From an uncultured bacterium (lineage in GTDB: Bacteria; Verrucomicrobiota; Kiritimatiellia; RFP12; CAIWXQ01), in NCBI GenBank assembly GCA_903861045.1, contig CAIOST010000353.1, positions 4,097 to 68,096 on the forward strand: DNA of 64,000 nt. The letters are read 5' to 3'. Under the pieces are notes generated by a model, which was given only the letters and a program-made list of their open reading frames with translations, searched no databases and had not been told where the DNA came from. The position numbers and the translations under genes were made by a program. Each line of letters starts with the position of its first letter. The stretch's first letter is position 1. Shown in pieces: positions 19,246-26,864 of this stretch.

Positions 19246-19321
19246 TGGTGGAGGTAGAGGGAGTTGAACCCTCGACCTCTTGAATGCCATTCAAGCGCTC
19301 TACCAACTGAGCTATACCCCC
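19246..19321 (-). tRNA. tRNA-Ala (anticodon GGC)
   Basis: The reverse complement is GGGGGTATAGCTCAGTTGGTAGAGCGCTTGAATGGCATTCAAGAGGTCGAGGGTTCAACTCCCTCTACCTCCACCA. The G3:U70 identity pair is present, the anticodon loop is ATGGCAT, and CCA is encoded. Confidence 0.9.
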
Positions 19322-19435
19322 ACGATCAGAGGCACGAGCCCGCAAAAGAGGCCCACCTTATACCACGCCTTCCCACCGCCGTCAACCGGAAGAGTGCAAC
19401 CATTAAAATTTCTGCATCTGTCTTATAGCGCCTTG

Positions 19436-19464
19436 CTGACAGTCCGGACCAATCCGGCTACACT
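19436..19464 (+). promoter_or_regulatory. candidate sigma-70-type promoter upstream of tsaB
   Basis: CTGACA, then a 17-nt spacer, then TACACT, about 60 nt upstream of the tsaB ATG. This is a motif match only. Confidence 0.3.
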
Positions 19465-19523
19465 GCAGGTCTGCGTGGTTTCGCTACCACGACCCTGCAT
19501 TGGCATTCATGACACGAGGCCCC

Positions 19524-20237
19524 ATGCTGACACTGATCATCGAACGTTCCACCCGCCACGCCGGCTGGTCGCTCTTCCGCGACACCACCTGCCTGTCCGC
19601 GACCGTGACCGATACCGAACCGGCGCGCGCGCCAGCGTGGCTCGCAGAGCTAGGCACCGCACTCGACGAAACAGGCGTATCCCTTGCCACGATCGACCGG
19701 TTCGTGGTCGGCCTGGGCCCCGGCTCCTTCTCTGGCATCCGCGCCGCCGTGGCGGCCCTGCAAGGCATGGCACTGCCTGGAGGCACGCCGCTCTTGGGGA
19801 TCAGCAGCGCCGCCGCCCTGGCTTTCACCCTCCTCACCGAGCGCGCTGCCAGCGGTCACCACACCCCCGTGAGCGTGGTCGGCGACGCCCGCCGGGAACG
19901 CCTCTGGTGCGGCACCTACACGCTGCGCCACGGCCAACTCCGTTCCTGCACCGTGGCGGGTGTCCGCCCCCTCACCCATGACGCCGACGACTTCCAGCTC
20001 ACCACCGTGGCGGAACTACCCAACCTCCTGCCCCCCGAGACCATGGTGGTCTCGCCGGACTGGCCACGCATCGGCACCCGCCTCGCCACCGTGCTCCCCG
20101 CCCAGCAACTCCAACCGGCTGAGCGCCTGCCGACCGCGATGGATGTGGGCCAACTCTACCTGGCAGAGCCAGACGCCGCACGCAAGGAACCGGCACCGAT
20201 CTATCTGCACCCTGCCGTGGCGGAGGCGCGGGCATGA
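19524..20237 (+). CDS. tsaB: tRNA threonylcarbamoyladenosine biosynthesis protein TsaB (YeaZ-like)
   Basis: IDRFVVGLGPGSFSGIRAAVAALQGMAL motif. Start set at MLTLIIE (GAGG 5 nt upstream). Confidence 0.75.
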   Translation: MLTLIIERSTRHAGWSLFRDTTCLSATVTDTEPARAPAWLAELGTALDETGVSLATIDRFVVGLGPGSFSGIRAAVAALQGMALPGGTPLLGISSAAALAFTLLTERAASGHHTPVSVVGDARRERLWCGTYTLRHGQLRSCTVAGVRPLTHDADDFQLTTVAELPNLLPPETMVVSPDWPRIGTRLATVLPAQQLQPAERLPTAMDVGQLYLAEPDAARKEPAPIYLHPAVAEARA

Positions 20238-21955
20238 GGGGCACGGCACATGTGCGTCACCTCTTACCGCTCTTCGCGTTGCTGCTGGCCGCCCCCACCC
20301 TCTTCGCCCAAACCACTTTCCGCCGCCACCTTGACCGTGTCAACAGCCTGGACCCGGCCAATGCCGACTCGGTCCCCGCCTCACGGGCTGCGGCGCTGGT
20401 CTACGAAACTCTGTTGGAGTATGACTACACCGCGCGCCCCTACCGACTGATACCGGGTGTGGCCAGCGCACTGCCGGAAGTCACCTCCAACCGGTACGTC
20501 TTCCACCTCGATCCGGCCGCGCGCTTTACGCCCGACCCCTGTTTTGGCATGAACACGAACGGCGCCCCCCGCGACCGCCCGGTCCGGGCGCAGGATTTTG
20601 TCTATGCCCTCCAACGCCTGGCGGACCGCAAGCTGGCCTCCTCCGGCGCCTGGCTGGTGCTTGACAACATTCGCGGCATGCGTGCCTTTGCCGAACAGTC
20701 CGCAGGGAGCGAGCCCACCGACTATCGCTGTCCGCCCGAGGGGTTACGCGCGCTGGATGACCAGACCCTCTGCATCGAGCTTACCCGACCCTTCCCGCAA
20801 TTCGCCTGGCTCCTGGCCATGAGCTACTCGGCCGCCGTGCCGCAGGAAGCGGTGGAATATTATGGCCGCGGCTTCAGCGAACACCCGGTCGGCTCCGGCC
20901 CCTATGGCCTCACCTCTTGGCGGCGCAACTACGAGATGGTCTTTACGCGCAACCCCGCTTGGCGCGGCTGGCAGAGGGGCCCGGCGGCGATCGCCGCCGG
21001 CCGCGAGCGACCCTTCGACCGGATTGTCTACCGCATTATGGACGACCCGGCCACGCGCTGGCTCGCCTTCCTGGCCGGCGAATTGGATTTACTGGGAGAA
21101 ATCGCCCGTGACAACTGGGATGCCGTGGTGGACGACCAGACCAACCTGCGTCCAGAACTGGCCCGCAAGGGGGTGCACCTGACCGGCATGCCCACCATGG
21201 AAGTGGCGTATATCGGCTTCAACCTGAAAGACCCGGTCCTGGGCCCCAACAAAAAATTACGACAGGCCTTGAACTGCGCCTTCGACAGCCCGTCATGGGA
21301 AAAATTTCTCAATCGCCGGGTGGTGCGTGCCGACGGTGCCGTACCCCCCGGTGCCGACGGCTATGCGCGCGAACCGTTCGCTTATGCCTTCGACCTCGCC
21401 CGCGCGCAGCAATTACTGACCGCTGCCGGCTATCCCGGCGGCCGCGACCCCAAGACCGGCCGGCGTCTGGTGCTCACACTCGACCTCGGCCAGACCACCC
21501 AGGAGGCTCGCGAAGCCGCCGAACTGCTGGCCGCCTTCTTCGCCCGCGTCGGTATCGAGCTCAAACCGCAATTCCAAACCTTCCCCGCCTTCCTACGCAA
21601 GATCGCCAGCCACGAGACGCAAATGTTCCGACTGGGGTGGGTGGGCGACTATCCGGACGCAGAGAACTTCCTCCAACTCTTCTACGGCCGCAACCACTCC
21701 CCTGGCCCCAACCATTGCCAATACAGCAACCCCGCCTTCGATCGACTCTACGAAGAAGCCTGCGCCACCACCGACGAGACCAGGCGCTACGACCTCTACC
21801 GCCAGATGCAAACCATGATCCGCGAGGACTGCCCCTGGCTCTTCCTGCACTTCCCCCGCGCCTATAGCCTCCACCCGGACCGCCTGCGCAACTTCCTCCC
21901 CCACGACTTCCCCTACGGCATGGAGAAATACCTGCGCATCACGCCGGGGCGCTAA
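20234..21955 (+). CDS. ABC transporter substrate-binding protein, family 5 (peptide/nickel, OppA/DppA-like)
   Basis: Signal peptide MRGTAHVRHLLPLFALLLAAPTLFAQ. The 573-aa length and sequence style fit SBP family 5. ATGA overlap with the tsaB stop. Confidence 0.75.
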   Translation: MRGTAHVRHLLPLFALLLAAPTLFAQTTFRRHLDRVNSLDPANADSVPASRAAALVYETLLEYDYTARPYRLIPGVASALPEVTSNRYVFHLDPAARFTPDPCFGMNTNGAPRDRPVRAQDFVYALQRLADRKLASSGAWLVLDNIRGMRAFAEQSAGSEPTDYRCPPEGLRALDDQTLCIELTRPFPQFAWLLAMSYSAAVPQEAVEYYGRGFSEHPVGSGPYGLTSWRRNYEMVFTRNPAWRGWQRGPAAIAAGRERPFDRIVYRIMDDPATRWLAFLAGELDLLGEIARDNWDAVVDDQTNLRPELARKGVHLTGMPTMEVAYIGFNLKDPVLGPNKKLRQALNCAFDSPSWEKFLNRRVVRADGAVPPGADGYAREPFAYAFDLARAQQLLTAAGYPGGRDPKTGRRLVLTLDLGQTTQEAREAAELLAAFFARVGIELKPQFQTFPAFLRKIASHETQMFRLGWVGDYPDAENFLQLFYGRNHSPGPNHCQYSNPAFDRLYEEACATTDETRRYDLYRQMQTMIREDCPWLFLHFPRAYSLHPDRLRNFLPHDFPYGMEKYLRITPGR

Positions 21956-24463
21956 TCATTTACAATTGCGCCACCGCACCCGCACGGCGTCCAGCCCGGC
22001 CAAATCTCCACGCAAAACAAGCTCGCGCGAACTGCCAGGGAGCAGGTCGAAGCAGCGCTCCTCCGTATCCAGCCCCGCCGGCGGATCCACCCGCACAAAG
22101 TGGGCGAAGACATCGGTGGATAGGCGCATAACCGCCCGGCCGGCCACCGCATCGCGCTCCGTCACGGCCACCGTCACCTGCGCGGGTGCCATCTTGGTTG
22201 ACTTAAAGTTCATGAAGAAAAAGACGTTCTCCGCGATCACCGCGCCATCCGGGCCGCTCAAGCGCGCATGATAGAAATCGCCACTGCGCATGAGGTTCAT
22301 CCGATCCATCACACAGCGGACGGAAGCATTGCGCCGGATCTTCACCGCCTGAGTCTTCCGGGACCGCACCTGCCCTTCGAACGACAGTAGGGAACACTCC
22401 AGCGTCCCTTGCACGCTCTCGCGTTTGTCATTGACGATCCAGGTCGAGACGCCGCACTCCTCTTCCTTGATGGACACCAGCACGGGTGCACAGGCGCGGC
22501 GCACGTAATCGTACGATGCCTTCTTGCGTAAGTAGTAATCCACCACCGACCAGCCGATTTCGCCCCAGGCATCCGGGAACATCCAGAACATACTGCCGCC
22601 GCAATCGAACTTGCGCCGGCGGGCTTGCTCCGTGGCGGTCTTCAGCGCCTCGCCCTGCAAGAGCTGGGAGGCCTCAATGAGCTGCTCCAGCGTCATGGAC
22701 GCGGAATCGCCGGCCAGCAGGTCGATCGCGGCAAAGACCTTGATCTGTCCCTTCTGCCCCTTCTCCATGAAACCATGCCGGTTGGTGTGGAAGCGGAACC
22801 CTTCGGAATCCACGCCCCGCTGCGACTCCGGCAGACAGTCGTGGAGGGTCTCCAGCGCCGGCATACCGAAATAACCGAACTCCGAATTGAACGTGCAGTG
22901 CATGCGGCGGTAGTTGCGGTAGTCAATCTGGTCGTTGCCGCCCGTGGCGATGCTGATGGACCACCAATGCTGGTCCCCCTGATCCTCATCATTCACATCC
23001 ACGCCGCCAAAGGGGCTCGTCGGACGGTAGATCCGGTCCGGATCCAAGGTCTGCATGAGCCCTGGGATCAGTTCATGTTCGAGCACCAGGCTGGTATTGG
23101 CCTCACACCCGGGGTACCAGTTGTTGTCAAAGGCCCAATCCGTTTCGTTGCTACCGCACCAGAGCGCGATGGAAGCATGGTTGCGCAGCCGGGGGACGGC
23201 GACCGTGATCTCCTCGGCAATCTGCTGCCGGAAGCCGGCATCATCGCCGGGGTGGATAAAGCAGGCCATCATGAAGTCATGCCAAAGCAGGATGCCATGC
23301 GTATCACAATAATCGTAGAAGTCATCCTCCTCGAAGATCCCGCCGCCCCACACGCGCAGCATGTTGATATTCGCATCGCGGATCATCGTGAGGATCCGTT
23401 CCCGCCGGGCCGGCGTAATGCGGGCCAGGATGCAGTCGGACGGTGCCCAATTGGCACCATTCACGAAGCATTTCTCGCCGTTGACCACAAAGGTAAACGT
23501 CCGCCCTTCCGGTGCATCGGAGAGCGGTTCCTGCAGCAGTTTGATTTCGCGGATGCCGAAGCGTGTGACACGTGTGGCGCGGGGTGCCGCGTTGCCGGAC
23601 AACCGGGTAGTCAGCGTATAAAGGTTAGGTTTACCCAACGGCCGCGGCCACCAGAGCCGCGGGCGCGCCACCTCGAACACGGCCTCCACGCGGCGCTGCC
23701 CGGGCGCCACATCCCCCAGGGCCAGATTCTGCTCGCCAATCCCGGGAATATCCAGATCCAGCGTGGCGTCCGCCGGCGCATTCGTCACGTTCTCCAGTTC
23801 CACCGCCACGGTGACCACGGCCCGCCCCTTGCCGGCCAGGCGCGTACGCACCCACACATCGCGCAACACCACGGCATCCAGGATCTCCAGCCGGATCGGA
23901 CGCCAGATGCCGCAGTTAACCAGACGCGGTGCCCAATCCCAGCCGAACGTAAAGGCCACCTTGCGCAGCCATTTGCTCTCCGCGGCGCCGTCGCCCAGCC
24001 CGTACTTTGCGAGCGGCTTGCGCTTGGCTTCGGCTACCCCCGTATCCAGGCGGATGACCAATTCGTTCGCGCCGGGCCGCAAAGCCTGTGTAACATCCAG
24101 CCGATGCGCGATGAAGGCATTGCCCGTGCGACCGACCTCCACCCCGTTTAGCCAGATCACGGCGTTCAGGTCGAGCCCTTCACAAACCAGTTCGACGCGA
24201 GCGTGGCTCCCCCCCTCGTACATAAAACTACGCCGAAACCACCAGTAGCGCTCCTCCACCCAGGCGCAGGCCAGCGCATTGCGATCATAAAGCGGCTCCG
24301 CGATGCGTCCATGGCGCAGCAGATCCAGCAATACATCGCCGGGCACAACCGCATCCAGCGCCGTGGTCCATGACGCCTCGGCGGGACCGGGTCCCGCCTG
24401 CCCTGCCGGGGCCAACGGGGTTTCGCACAACTGCCAGGAGCCGTTCAAATCCAACGTCTGCAT
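21956..24463 (-). CDS. glycoside hydrolase family 2, beta-mannosidase-like
   Basis: LNGSWQL N-terminus, NMLRVWGGGIFEEDDFYDYCDTHGILLWHDFMMAC, LWCGSNE (acid/base region) and NSEFGYFGMP (nucleophile region). Start set at MQTLDLNG (24463). Confidence 0.8.
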   Translation of the reverse strand: MQTLDLNGSWQLCETPLAPAGQAGPGPAEASWTTALDAVVPGDVLLDLLRHGRIAEPLYDRNALACAWVEERYWWFRRSFMYEGGSHARVELVCEGLDLNAVIWLNGVEVGRTGNAFIAHRLDVTQALRPGANELVIRLDTGVAEAKRKPLAKYGLGDGAAESKWLRKVAFTFGWDWAPRLVNCGIWRPIRLEILDAVVLRDVWVRTRLAGKGRAVVTVAVELENVTNAPADATLDLDIPGIGEQNLALGDVAPGQRRVEAVFEVARPRLWWPRPLGKPNLYTLTTRLSGNAAPRATRVTRFGIREIKLLQEPLSDAPEGRTFTFVVNGEKCFVNGANWAPSDCILARITPARRERILTMIRDANINMLRVWGGGIFEEDDFYDYCDTHGILLWHDFMMACFIHPGDDAGFRQQIAEEITVAVPRLRNHASIALWCGSNETDWAFDNNWYPGCEANTSLVLEHELIPGLMQTLDPDRIYRPTSPFGGVDVNDEDQGDQHWWSISIATGGNDQIDYRNYRRMHCTFNSEFGYFGMPALETLHDCLPESQRGVDSEGFRFHTNRHGFMEKGQKGQIKVFAAIDLLAGDSASMTLEQLIEASQLLQGEALKTATEQARRRKFDCGGSMFWMFPDAWGEIGWSVVDYYLRKKASYDYVRRACAPVLVSIKEEECGVSTWIVNDKRESVQGTLECSLLSFEGQVRSRKTQAVKIRRNASVRCVMDRMNLMRSGDFYHARLSGPDGAVIAENVFFFMNFKSTKMAPAQVTVAVTERDAVAGRAVMRLSTDVFAHFVRVDPPAGLDTEERCFDLLPGSSRELVLRGDLAGLDAVRVRWRNCK

Positions 24464-24629
24464 ATTACCTGCCCTTTCGTCGTAAAACGGACGTGCCGAC
24501 TGCATCTATTCAGCGCCACAGAGTAAAAGGCACAGATGATGACATAGCGGCTGGGCGGCGGCAACGGCTTTTCCCGCTTCAGGGAAAGCTCATGGGGGCG
24601 GGCCGGTGTTAAAGTCCGGCCCGCCATGG

Positions 24630-25208
24630 TTACGCGGCGTGATCGCTTGCCTCGTTTTTGAGCTCCTTGGGCGACACCACCTGCCCGGCGCCTGTGCCGA
24701 AAACCATGGGGAAGATGGCATGCTGGAAGACGCAACGCAGCCCCATGGACTCGCCCTCGGTAAGGAGCAGGCGTGTGCGCTGCACGTCGCCTTCTGCGCG
24801 TTTGGATTTCCGCGATATTTCCAGTGCCAGACCTGTTACAGGCTCCTTCTGGTGGCGTAATTGAATCACCGTATTGGCATCCGCCGTATCGTGAAATAGG
24901 CCGCCGCGCCCATTCCCCACCTGCTCGCTTTTCCCATCCAGGACCAGCAGCAGGCTACAGACATCGCCGAGACCGAGTTTGACCGTGATTTTCTTCTCCC
25001 AGTCAAACGTCGCCGCATGTCGGCCACTCCCGTCGCGGGCGGCCACCGTCTTTTGTCGGGCCATTTCCAGGAAGAAGCACCCCTCGCGTTCTGGCCGCGC
25101 CGGGTGAAACTCCAAGCGGGCAGCGGCCCCGCCGCCGCTCTGGGTGGGGTGATAAAATGCCAGTCGTCCGCTCCAAGGGCGTACCGCTGCATCAGCGATC
25201 TGATTCAT
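24630..25208 (-). CDS. Whirly-like (PC4/Whirly-fold) putative ssDNA-binding protein
   Basis: 192 aa with AGGA 8 nt upstream of the ATG. By-eye alignment to plant Whirly proteins finds four matching blocks. GGGAAARLEFHPARPE matches KGKAALTVEPRAPE. ATFDWEKKITVKLGLGDVCSLLLVL matches RQYDWSRKQVFSLSVTEIGSLISL. LFHD matches FFHDP. TRLLLTEGESMGLRCVFQHAIFPMVFG matches IYIPVTKAEFAVLVSAFNFVMPYLLGW. The CDS itself is solid; the fold assignment is unverified. Confidence 0.6.
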   Translation of the reverse strand: MNQIADAAVRPWSGRLAFYHPTQSGGGAAARLEFHPARPEREGCFFLEMARQKTVAARDGSGRHAATFDWEKKITVKLGLGDVCSLLLVLDGKSEQVGNGRGGLFHDTADANTVIQLRHQKEPVTGLALEISRKSKRAEGDVQRTRLLLTEGESMGLRCVFQHAIFPMVFGTGAGQVVSPKELKNEASDHAA

Positions 25209-25265
25209 GATTAGTTCCTTTCATAAAAAAATGATCATGCCGAGCACGCACAGCCATCGTGCGTC

Positions 25266-25706
25266 TCATGTAAAGGGATCATCCATTTCGGCCGCGGCCG
25301 TGCCGCCGGGGCCACCGTTCGCAGCGGCCGCACCATCACCCTCGCCCCGGCCGGCAGGGGTCCCATTCGTGCGCTGCTTAAGAAAATGCACACGTTGGGC
25401 CCGCACGCGCAGACGGCTGCGCTTCTCCCCTTGGGGTGTCTCCCACTGTTCCGTAATCAAGCACCCTTCCACCAGTGCCGGATCCCCCTTTTTTAAGTAC
25501 GTGCTGCTGGCTTCAGCCGACTTCCCCCATACCACGCACTCGGCGAAGCAGGTCTGCTCCACGACCTTGCCATCTTTGGCGGTATACTCATCATTGATGG
25601 CCAATCCCATATCCAACACCGGCGTACCGCCGTTGGTTTTACGCAGGACCGGGTCGCGAGTGAGATGACCTGCCAGGCAGACATGGTTAATACTCAGCGA
25701 ACTCAT
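25266..25706 (-). CDS. ssb: second single-stranded DNA-binding protein paralog with a non-canonical C-terminal tip
   Basis: OB-fold INHVCLAGHLTRDPVLR...VVWGKSAE...KGDPALVEGCLITEQWE and a Gly/Ala-rich linker. It ends ...EMDDPFT instead of the canonical D-D-(I/L)-P-F terminus. GGAGGAG SD. Confidence 0.85.
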   Translation of the reverse strand: MSSLSINHVCLAGHLTRDPVLRKTNGGTPVLDMGLAINDEYTAKDGKVVEQTCFAECVVWGKSAEASSTYLKKGDPALVEGCLITEQWETPQGEKRSRLRVRAQRVHFLKQRTNGTPAGRGEGDGAAAANGGPGGTAAAEMDDPFT

Positions 25707-25853
25707 GGTTGCTCCTCCCCTGTGTTATTTGGTTTCAGCCGCGCCACCACGCGCGTCTGCTACTCTGGTATATGCAATCAAACGTCTAAATCTTACACGT
25801 ACCGGAGAAATATTTTTTTGCCGGGCACGCGGCTAACCGGTTACACTGGGCTG

Positions 25854-26120
25854 ATGACTCCTGATCGTGCCTTATCCCGACTTTTTCTGGTGCTCGCGCT
25901 CATCCTTGGCGGGCTGGCGGCCTTGGTTAGCTGGCTGTTGCAGAGCTGGCTGCCACTGATGGCCGTAGGCGTGGTGCTACTCTGCGTGATGGCCCTGACG
26001 CTTTCGGAGGCCGCCTTATTTGCGCCGCTGCTGGCGCTCGTCATGCGCGCGGGGGACAAAAGCGCCCCCCCCAACCAACATCGGACCGGCGAAAAAATGC
26101 CCCCCCCTACGCGCCGCTGA
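25854..26120 (+). CDS. small hypothetical membrane protein (2-3 predicted TM helices)
   Basis: The ATG at 25854 gives an 88-aa protein, LFLVLALILGGLAALVSWLLQSWLPLMAVGVVLLCVMALTLSEAALFAPLLALV. No recognisable family and a weak RBS. Confidence 0.35.
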   Translation: MTPDRALSRLFLVLALILGGLAALVSWLLQSWLPLMAVGVVLLCVMALTLSEAALFAPLLALVMRAGDKSAPPNQHRTGEKMPPPTRR

Positions 26121-26121
26121 C

Positions 26122-26157
26122 AAAAAAAGAACGGGAGCGGCTTACGCCGCCCCCGTT
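26122..26157 (-). terminator. rho-independent terminator downstream of the pilin gene
   Basis: The minus strand reads AACGGGGGCGGC-GTAA-GCCGCTCCCGTT (12-bp stem with one G-U pair), immediately followed by CTTTTTTTG. It starts 27 nt after the pilin stop. Confidence 0.65.
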
Positions 26158-26184
26158 GCTAGGCCGTCCGAGCCCTTGCTGGGA

Positions 26185-26532
26185 TCAACCACCGACCGCC
26201 AACACATGGTCCGCCGGGCCGCTACACGACGGGTTGTTGGAAATCGCGCCAACCGTATACGTGCCGCCATCGCGGCAAATCGGATCTGCCCCGCCCTTAA
26301 TGTAGGGGGTCAATTCGCTCATCTTCGCTTCGTACGCGTCCGTCATGGTCTGCGTAGCCGTGGCCAACTGCTGCTTGGCATGGTCAATCAGTCGCAGGTT
26401 ATTAATGCAGGAGCTCTTACGGGCATCCTGCCGGGACCGCATGAACGACGGAATGGCGATCGCCGCCAGCAAGGCGATAATCGCGACCACGATCATGATT
26501 TCCACCAAGGTGAAACCTTTGCGCTGAGTCAT
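26185..26532 (-). CDS. prepilin-type N-terminal cleavage/methylation domain protein (type IV pilin / T2SS pseudopilin-like)
   Basis: MTQRKG|FTLVEIMIVVAIIALLAAIAIP is the class III signal peptide. 115 aa. GGAG SD 9 nt upstream of the ATG at 26532. Confidence 0.85.
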   Translation of the reverse strand: MTQRKGFTLVEIMIVVAIIALLAAIAIPSFMRSRQDARKSSCINNLRLIDHAKQQLATATQTMTDAYEAKMSELTPYIKGGADPICRDGGTYTVGAISNNPSCSGPADHVLAVGG

Positions 26533-26624
26533 TGTCTTTCTCCAGTAAGGCCTGCTGCGGGGATCCTCCCGGAGCCGCGCAGGCGTTGTTGTTGTGCATG
26601 GCACCTGTTCTTTCCGCCTTCCCA

Positions 26625-26640
26625 GGCTACGCAGGTGCCA
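26625..26640 (-). promoter_or_regulatory. candidate sigma-54 (-24/-12) promoter, proximal copy, upstream of the pilin gene
   Basis: The minus strand reads TGGCACCTGCGTAGCC. GG and GC are in the canonical register of TGGCACG-N4-TTGCW, but the -12 box is weaker (TAGC). Confidence 0.35.
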
Positions 26641-26690
26641 CGGTTTCCCTGCCTTCGTTGGCCGACCAACGTAGGCATGAACATTTTAAA

Positions 26691-26706
26691 AGCATTATCT
26701 GTGCCA
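26691..26706 (-). promoter_or_regulatory. candidate sigma-54 (-24/-12) promoter, distal copy, upstream of the pilin gene
   Basis: The minus strand reads TGGCACAGATAATGCT, close to the TGGCACG-N4-TTGCW consensus with correct spacing. It is about 160 nt upstream of the pilin ATG. A sigma-54 enhancer-binding response regulator is the neighbouring gene. Confidence 0.5.
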
Positions 26707-26864
26707 ATTAGGCGGGCCAGCCAGGCATTACAAAGATTACCTAACTAGCATGGCATTTCACCCGTAATTTCCTTGCGCGCCTGCGAGCCGCCAGACTGCC
26801 GGCGCCTTTTTCGCAAAATTGCGATGGTTTCTTCTCAACTTCGCAAACCGCAGACATCGTCCGC

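Noticed and set aside
19157-19345. Small ORFs overlapping tRNA-Ala (19157..19345 minus; 19280..19981 plus).
   Set aside because: They overlap a well-formed tRNA and the tsaB gene and show no coding features.
21950-21960. Looked for terminators between the convergent gene pairs at 21955/21956, 37678/37682 and 59187/59192.
   Set aside because: The stop codons are 0-4 nt apart, so there is no room for an intergenic hairpin. Nothing further can be said without transcript data.
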